Origin: Burkholderiales bacterium
Lineage (GTDB): Bacteria > Pseudomonadota > Gammaproteobacteria > Burkholderiales > JACQAP01
Assembly: GCA_035548375.1 (NCBI GenBank)
Contig: DASZTG010000080.1
Location: forward strand, 81,185 to 145,184
Length of the DNA: 64,000 nt
Direction of reading: 5' to 3'
The translations under genes and the position numbers were made by a program. Under the pieces are notes generated by a model. That model ran no database searches, was not told the origin of the DNA, and saw only the letters and a program-made list of their open reading frames with translations. How positions within the stretch are numbered: position 1 is the stretch's first letter; each line of letters begins with the position of its first letter. Shown in pieces: positions 58,528 through 64,000 of the stretch.

Positions 58528-58712
58528 GCGAAAGGCGGGAAGGGATAAGAGATAAGGGGGAAGGGAGAAGGGTAAAGGCTCTAAAGCTTTAAGGCCCTAA
58601 AGCATTGACCCTTCCCTCTTCCCCCTTCCCCCTTCTCCCTTCCCCCTGCTCCCTTCCCTTTTCACTCATTCACCCATTCACCCATTCACTCATTCACTCT
58701 TCACTCCTTCAC
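58528..58712. repeat. largest GGGAAGG / CATTCAC-unit inverted-repeat element, between the convergent cupin and dehalogenase genes
   Basis: The G-rich arm (about 58530-58578) faces a C-rich arm of about 100 nt (58608-58711). The C-rich arm ends in TCACTCAT TCACCCAT TCACCCAT TCACTCAT TCACTCT TCACTCCT TCAC. The loop carries GCTCTAAAGC. Confidence 0.85.
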
Positions 58713-59467
58713 GCCCCCGTGAGGGCAAACTCCACCAGCTCCTGCATTCCCGATCCCATTGCATCGGGCGGATTGCCGATTTCCTCCATCGGGCTCTTCA
58801 GCCGATTGACCCAGAACGTCGGATGGCCGAACCACTTGGCACCGGCCACGTCCCAGCCCGCGAACGCCGCGAACAGGATCTCGCCCGGCTTCAACTTCAT
58901 GGCGTCCATCGTCAGGCGATAGGCGCGCGGGTCCGGTTTGTACGACTGCACGCGATCGGTGCTGATGACGTGTTCGAATTGTCCATTCAGGCCGGCGCGC
59001 TGGATGCCTTCATCGAGCATTTTCTGCGTCATGTTGGAAAGGATCGCCAGCCTCACGCCCGCCTTGCGCAGGCTTGCCACCGCAGCCGGGACGTCGGGCC
59101 ATACATCCAGGTTCGCCCACAGGTTCATCAGCTGCGCGCGCTTGTCGGCGGTCAGGTCGAGCTGCAGGGAAGTCGCCGCGAAAGTGAGCGCGCTATCGGT
59201 CGCCTCGCGAAAATCGGAATACCGTCCGGCCAGCGCCCGTAGCCATTGATATTCGAATTGCCGCGTGCGCCATGCGGTGCTCAGCACGGCACCGTTTCCC
59301 GGGAACAAAGTTTCGGCAAGTGCCGCCACCGGCCGCGGATCAAAAATCGGGAAGCCGTCGAAGGCCACGGCCTTGAACTGCTTGCCCGCGCGCGCGCCGG
59401 TTGGCATCGCGGCCAGCAGCATGCCGGCCGCAGCCGCGGTCAGGAATTGCCTGCGCTGAAAAGACAT
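58709..59467 (-). CDS. haloacid dehalogenase type II with a twin-arginine signal
   Basis: C-terminal 252 aa of ORF 58709..60286. The ATG (complement of 59465-59467) follows AAGGAGAG. MSFQRRQFLTAAAAGMLLAAMPTGARA; AFDGFPIFD, LSNMT, YKPDPRAY. Confidence 0.8.
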   Translation of the reverse strand: MSFQRRQFLTAAAAGMLLAAMPTGARAGKQFKAVAFDGFPIFDPRPVAALAETLFPGNGAVLSTAWRTRQFEYQWLRALAGRYSDFREATDSALTFAATSLQLDLTADKRAQLMNLWANLDVWPDVPAAVASLRKAGVRLAILSNMTQKMLDEGIQRAGLNGQFEHVISTDRVQSYKPDPRAYRLTMDAMKLKPGEILFAAFAGWDVAGAKWFGHPTFWVNRLKSPMEEIGNPPDAMGSGMQELVEFALTGA

Positions 59468-59538
59468 GCCCTCTCCTTCGGAAATATTGTTCGCAGAGCA
59501 TACGCGCCGTGCCGCAAGGCGGATGCAAGGGACTTCAG

Positions 59539-60396
59539 TCACTCCTTCGATTCGAGCGTCCTGAATATCTTGCGCATTTGAGCGACGCGCTCCACATACA
59601 CCCTTGCAGCATGGTCGCCGCAACGTTGTCCGGGCAGCAGCCGGAAGCGGCGACGCACATACGATTCCCCCGCCCCCGCGCCGCAAAGATGGATCACGGC
59701 GGCGAGGTTTTGCTTCTGTTCCAGCGTTGCCTTCGACATGCGATGCCTGGCGAGCATGCCGTCGATGGCGCGATCCAGGTAGGCGGCCGTCAGCTCGACC
59801 GCGTCCGACGGAATCGTGCGCGCGTAGAGGCTGTTGAACCAGCACGCGCGCGGATCGTTCCACGCGCCCTGCTCGACCACGACGTGGTCGCGGATGCAGT
59901 AGCGCTTCGCCAACTCGAACGTGCTGTCGGTGATCTGGTACATGCCCACCGCGCTGGATGCCGGCTTGTAAACCTCGAACGGCTTGCGCTGCAACGACAA
60001 GCGCCAATAAGTCCTGGCGACGGGATTGCCGGATCCCTCGACCTGCGCGAGCGCCGCGAGAAGGTCCGGCGTGATCACCGCCGTGGAATGCTTGCGGAAC
60101 AGCGGACCGTATTCGCGCCAGGTTTCGGTGGGAGTCTTGAACAGCGCGTTGCTGACCGGGAAAAACAGCTCGGAGGGCTTGCGCAACACCTGATAGGCCC
60201 AGTTCACGCACAGCCACAAGGCAAAGACCGTCGCCACCGCGATCGCCGTCTGGATCAAGGGCGTCTGGCCCCGGAACGAGCGCCACCAGCGCTTGCGCCG
60301 CCGCGCGCTAGGCCAGAATCGGGACAGGCGGAAGCGGCGCTTGCGCGAACGTCGCGGCCGGGCGCGCGCAGCTTCGGCGCCTACGGATGCGGGCAC
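59539..60396 (-). CDS. lytic transglycosylase (SLT-domain) protein, membrane-anchored
   Basis: 285 aa with a GTG start (uncertain). One TM helix, then LAQVEGSGNP...AVGMYQITDSTF (SLT catalytic Glu region). Confidence 0.65.
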   Translation of the reverse strand: MPASVGAEAARARPRRSRKRRFRLSRFWPSARRRKRWWRSFRGQTPLIQTAIAVATVFALWLCVNWAYQVLRKPSELFFPVSNALFKTPTETWREYGPLFRKHSTAVITPDLLAALAQVEGSGNPVARTYWRLSLQRKPFEVYKPASSAVGMYQITDSTFELAKRYCIRDHVVVEQGAWNDPRACWFNSLYARTIPSDAVELTAAYLDRAIDGMLARHRMSKATLEQKQNLAAVIHLCGAGAGESYVRRRFRLLPGQRCGDHAARVYVERVAQMRKIFRTLESKE

Positions 60397-60835
60397 TGTG
60401 CGAATACCTGGTCGTCGAGTTCGATGAAGTCGTTACCGTTCATTCAGAGCGCGGTTGTGAGGACGTTGTCGCCCGGCATCGGGCACCTTCAAAGAGGCCG
60501 ATGGTAAAACATCTGTAAGGCTGCCCGACCGGCCTTTGCGCGTCGATTCGAGGCAAGCGGCCGGGATTTGACGCTTTCCCGACAGCTTTGCCCAACCGCC
60601 GGCCAGCATCCGGGGACGACTTTCGTTCAGTTGGGTGACTGTACCAAGGTCTAGTTGCCCCTCCCACCTTCCCCCAAACAGAATTCGCCTCAAATCGTCG
60701 GCCCTCTTTTGCGCCCATTCGGATGCCGGCCGCAGCGTACTCCTGATCACGCTGCAGGAAACCAAAGTCCACCGCCCGCAGAGGCGGATCATCCGGGCGC
60801 GTCACGGCAGTCGGGGCACGGGGCCAGGCCCGTAC

Positions 60836-62605
60836 ATGGCGAAGATTCCCTTCGTAGCCACGCTCGTCACGAGCTTGTCGGAAGCGTGCGTCCGGCAGCA
60901 TGCCGCGCGCCGCTGCGGCAGCCTTACTGTCACGGCTGGCCTGGCGTTCGGCCTCGCCGGAAACGCGCACGCGCAGCAGGTGCCCGATGCCGGCAGCCTT
61001 TTGCGCGGACCGGAACAGCAAACCACGCCCGAGTTGCCCAAGCCGGGCGCGCCTGCAAAAGCGTCCCCTCGCGAAAATGCCACGCCCATCGGCCCCACGC
61101 TAGTCGTGAAGACTTTCCGGTTCGAGGGCAACAGCCGCTTCAGCGAAGCGCAGCTTCAAAAAGTACTGGCCGACTATCTGAAGCGGCCGGTCACCCTCGC
61201 GGACCTCGAGAATGCCGCGGCCACCGTCGCCCAGCACTATCGGTCGGCCGGCTGGCTCGCCCGCGTGTTCGTGCCGCCGCAGGAAGTCGACGGCGGCGTG
61301 ATCAGGCTCAGGGTCATCGAGGCGACCTACGGCCAGTCGCGCTTTTCGGACGATACCGACGTGCCCTCCCTGCGCGTGGACAAGGCGCTCATTGTCGACC
61401 GCGTGCAGGCCCGCCAGGGCACAGGCGAAAAATTCAACATTTCCAGCGTGGAGCGCGGCCTGCTCATTGCCGACGATTTGCCGGGCGTGCAGGTCGCCGG
61501 CAGCCAGATCGGCGGAAAGAAGGAAGGGGAAACCGACGTCCTGCTAAAAGCCTCGAAGGAGCCGCTGGCCTACGGCGAACTCGGGGCGGACAACTACGGC
61601 TCGCGCAGCACCGGGTCCGAGCGCCTGCTCGCACGGCTGGGGCTGAACAGTCCGCTGCACAGGGGCGACCAGTTCGACCTGCAGACGCAATTCACGGAAT
61701 ACATGCAGTACGCGCGCCTCGCGGGATCGATGCCAATAGGCGCCGATGGACTGCGCCTGGGCGCGAATGCGGCGGCGCTGCACTACAAGGTGGGCACGCC
61801 CGAGTTTCACACGCTCGAGCCGCGCGGCAGCTCCAGCGTCTGGGGTGCCGACCTCACCTACCCGCTCGTACGCGCGACTGATCGCAATCTGTACCTTGGC
61901 GCTTCCTACCAGCAGACCCGCCCGTACAACACCGCGGTGACCGGCGTAGTCAGCGACTACGCCGTCAACGACTCGCTGCTGCGCCTGGACGCCAATCTCT
62001 TCGACACGCTCGGAGGCGGCGGCATCACCGCGGTGAACCTCACCCAGGTTTTCGGCGACGTCGATCTCGATGGCTCGCCCTCGCAGGCGGCCGACAAGGC
62101 GACCGCCAATACCCAGGGCGATTTCCGCGCCACGCGCTACCGGCTCACACGCACCCAGCGCATCGCCTCCTCCTTGTCTGCATTCGTTTCCTACAACGGA
62201 CAGATCGCCAGCAAGAACCTGGATTCCTCAGAGAAGTTCTACCTCGGCGGGCCGTACGGGGTGCGCGCCTATCCGCTCTACGAAGGCAGCGGCTCGGAAG
62301 GCCAACTGGCCAGCGCGGAACTGCGGTGGCAGTTGCCGCAGGGCTGCGAGCTCTCGGCCTTCTATGACTGGGGTCGGGTCAAGGTGAATGAGCACGACGA
62401 CTTTCCTGGCGCAGCAGCGCTCAACCGCTACGAACTCAAAGGTTATGGCGTGGGCTTCTCCGCGCAATTGCCGGCGCGGTTGCGCGCTTCGGCTGTCGCG
62501 GCATGGCGCGACGGGCGCAACCCCAATCCAACGCCGGCGGGCAACGACCAGGACGGCAGCCTGCGCGATCCCCGCTTCTGGCTGTCGCTGTCATGGTCCT
62601 TTTGA
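60836..62605 (+). CDS. two-partner secretion outer-membrane transporter (ShlB/FhaC/HecB family, TpsB)
   Basis: The internal ATG at 60836 of ORF 60635..62605. POTRA-like VKTFRFEGNSRFSEAQLQKVLADYLKRPVTLADLE..., a beta-barrel, and a terminal ...FWLSLSWSF. Confidence 0.85.
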   Translation: MAKIPFVATLVTSLSEACVRQHAARRCGSLTVTAGLAFGLAGNAHAQQVPDAGSLLRGPEQQTTPELPKPGAPAKASPRENATPIGPTLVVKTFRFEGNSRFSEAQLQKVLADYLKRPVTLADLENAAATVAQHYRSAGWLARVFVPPQEVDGGVIRLRVIEATYGQSRFSDDTDVPSLRVDKALIVDRVQARQGTGEKFNISSVERGLLIADDLPGVQVAGSQIGGKKEGETDVLLKASKEPLAYGELGADNYGSRSTGSERLLARLGLNSPLHRGDQFDLQTQFTEYMQYARLAGSMPIGADGLRLGANAAALHYKVGTPEFHTLEPRGSSSVWGADLTYPLVRATDRNLYLGASYQQTRPYNTAVTGVVSDYAVNDSLLRLDANLFDTLGGGGITAVNLTQVFGDVDLDGSPSQAADKATANTQGDFRATRYRLTRTQRIASSLSAFVSYNGQIASKNLDSSEKFYLGGPYGVRAYPLYEGSGSEGQLASAELRWQLPQGCELSAFYDWGRVKVNEHDDFPGAAALNRYELKGYGVGFSAQLPARLRASAVAAWRDGRNPNPTPAGNDQDGSLRDPRFWLSLSWSF

Positions 62606-62624
62606 GCGAAGTGCGAGAGACGAA

Positions 62625-64000
62625 ATGAACAAGGTTTATCGACTCGTCTGGAACACGGTGACCAACACCTGGTGCTGCGCTTCCGAACACGCGCGCGCCC
62701 GCGGCAAGTCCTCGCGCGGCGTGGTCTCGCGCCGCGCGTCGCGACAGCTCGTTTCAGGCCTGCGCCCCTGGCTGGCGACGATATCGGCAGTCTTCCTGAC
62801 CCTGCACGCGGCGGCGCGCGCTGCGGGTCCCGCGCCCGCGCCAAACCAGTTGCCCACCGGCGGACAGGTGATAGCCGGCCAGGCCGCCATCCGTCAAACC
62901 GGCACCGCAGCACTCAATGTCACCCAGGCCAGCGATCGCGCCGCCATCAACTGGCAGACCTTCGACGTCGGCTCTGCCGCCAGCGTCAATTTCCAGCAAC
63001 CGTCCGCGCAATCGGTGACGCTCAATCGCGTGCTCGACGCCAATCCCAGCCAGATCTTCGGCAGGCTCACCGCCAACGGCCAGGTGTTCCTGACCAATCC
63101 CAACGGTGTTTACTTCGCGCCCGGCGCGAGCGTTGACGTCGGCGGCCTCGTGGCCACCACGCACGACATATCCGACGCGGACTTCATGTCGGGAAAAAGC
63201 ACCTTCAGCCGCAACGGTGCCACCGGCAGCGTGACCAACCTCGGACAGATCAAGGCCGCCCCCGGCGGCTATGTGGCGCTGCTGGCGCCGGAAGTGCGCA
63301 ACGAAGGCGTGATCGTGGCGCAAGCGGGCACGGTCGCGCTGGCCGCGGGAGAAGCCATCACGCTCAACTTTGCACCGACCAGCGGCCTTGCGAGCGTGAC
63401 CGTCACGCCGGGCCAGATTCGCACGCTGGTGGAGAATCGCCGCGCGATCGTCGCCGAAGGCGGCCAGATCATCCTGAGCGCGCGCGCGGCGGACCAGTTG
63501 CTGGCGAGCGTGGTCAACAGCGGCGAGCTCAGTGCGAGCAGCATGGTCGAAAGGGGCGGACGCATCGTGCTGGGCGGCGGCGAGATCACGCTGGCCGAGA
63601 CATCCAGCATCAAGGCCGACGGCGCGAAAGGCGGCGGCGAGATCGTCATCGGCTCGGCCGTAACGCCGAAACTCGACGCCAAGGGAACGCTCAGCGCGCG
63701 CGGCGGCGCGGGTGCGGGCGGCTCGGTCGAGACCTCGGCCGAGCAGGTCGACTTCCGCGGCCTGCGCGTCGATACCACCGGCGCAACGGCCACCGGCAAC
63801 TGGCTGCTAGACCCCTACGACCTGACGGTGGACGCCAGCGCGGCCACGACCATTGGCAACAACCTCGGCAGCAGCAATGTCACCCTGCAGACCGGCGCGA
63901 GCAGCTCCAGCGGCCCCGGCGTCGTCAATACGAGCGGCGTGGGCGACATCACCGTCAGCAGTGCCATCAGCTGGAGCAGCACGAACAAGCTCACGCTGGA
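62625..64000 (+). CDS. filamentous-haemagglutinin-type TpsA exoprotein; N-terminal about 458 aa only, continues beyond the window
   Basis: Absent from the ORF track because there is no stop in the window. My translation from ATG 62625: MNKVYRLVWNTVTNTWCCASE (ESPR-type extended signal) ...QLPTGGQVIAGQAAI...INWQTFDVG...VTLNRV...IFGRLTANGQVFLTNPNGVYF (TPS domain). Confidence 0.9.
   Translation, partial: MNKVYRLVWNTVTNTWCCASEHARARGKSSRGVVSRRASRQLVSGLRPWLATISAVFLTLHAAARAAGPAPAPNQLPTGGQVIAGQAAIRQTGTAALNVTQASDRAAINWQTFDVGSAASVNFQQPSAQSVTLNRVLDANPSQIFGRLTANGQVFLTNPNGVYFAPGASVDVGGLVATTHDISDADFMSGKSTFSRNGATGSVTNLGQIKAAPGGYVALLAPEVRNEGVIVAQAGTVALAAGEAITLNFAPTSGLASVTVTPGQIRTLVENRRAIVAEGGQIILSARAADQLLASVVNSGELSASSMVERGGRIVLGGGEITLAETSSIKADGAKGGGEIVIGSAVTPKLDAKGTLSARGGAGAGGSVETSAEQVDFRGLRVDTTGATATGNWLLDPYDLTVDASAATTIGNNLGSSNVTLQTGASSSSGPGVVNTSGVGDITVSSAISWSSTNKLTL

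Noticed and set aside
58709-60286. 525-aa ORF
   Set aside because: Only the C-terminal 252 aa, with a Tat signal and HAD motifs preceded by a strong RBS, are credible. The N-terminal half overlaps the SLT-domain gene in another frame.

Overview
GC-rich chromosomal segment, probably beta- or gammaproteobacterial judging by gene content, codon style and the many 4-nt start/stop overlaps. I support about 66 protein-coding genes. I found no rRNA, tRNA, CRISPR array, transposase or integrase. Most genes are housekeeping or metabolic: upp, rlmJ, cytochrome bd oxidase, recQ, zwf, panE, folE, lon-hsp20, ylqF, ada, an acyl-CoA ligase/PhyH/SDR cluster, two c-di-GMP enzymes, and GSTs. Five things stand out. 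(1) A dispersed family of intergenic elements is built from short GTGA-containing tandem units of 7-9 nt. Most form long inverted-repeat hairpins that fill gene junctions (11 loci), and two are unpaired arrays of 12x GAAGGGT and 6x GTGAGGA. (2) A stand-alone 1565-aa SF1 (Upf1/AAA_11-AAA_12-like) helicase carries a C-terminal PD-(D/E)xK (DUF559/Vsr-like) nuclease. It sits between an M23 peptidase gene and lon, and is the best candidate for a single-gene defence or DNA-surveillance system (Hhe-like architecture). (3) Two tandem paralogous small Cys-containing HExxH proteins lie upstream of a large secreted zinc metalloprotease. (4) An ECF41-type sigma module has two matches to the TGTCACA-N16-CGTC promoter motif. 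(5) An orphan BrnA-like RHH gene is translationally coupled to a membrane diguanylate cyclase. A two-partner secretion locus (tpsB, plus a truncated tpsA) runs off the 3' end. All functional calls come from motif recognition by eye on the supplied translations. No database search was run.
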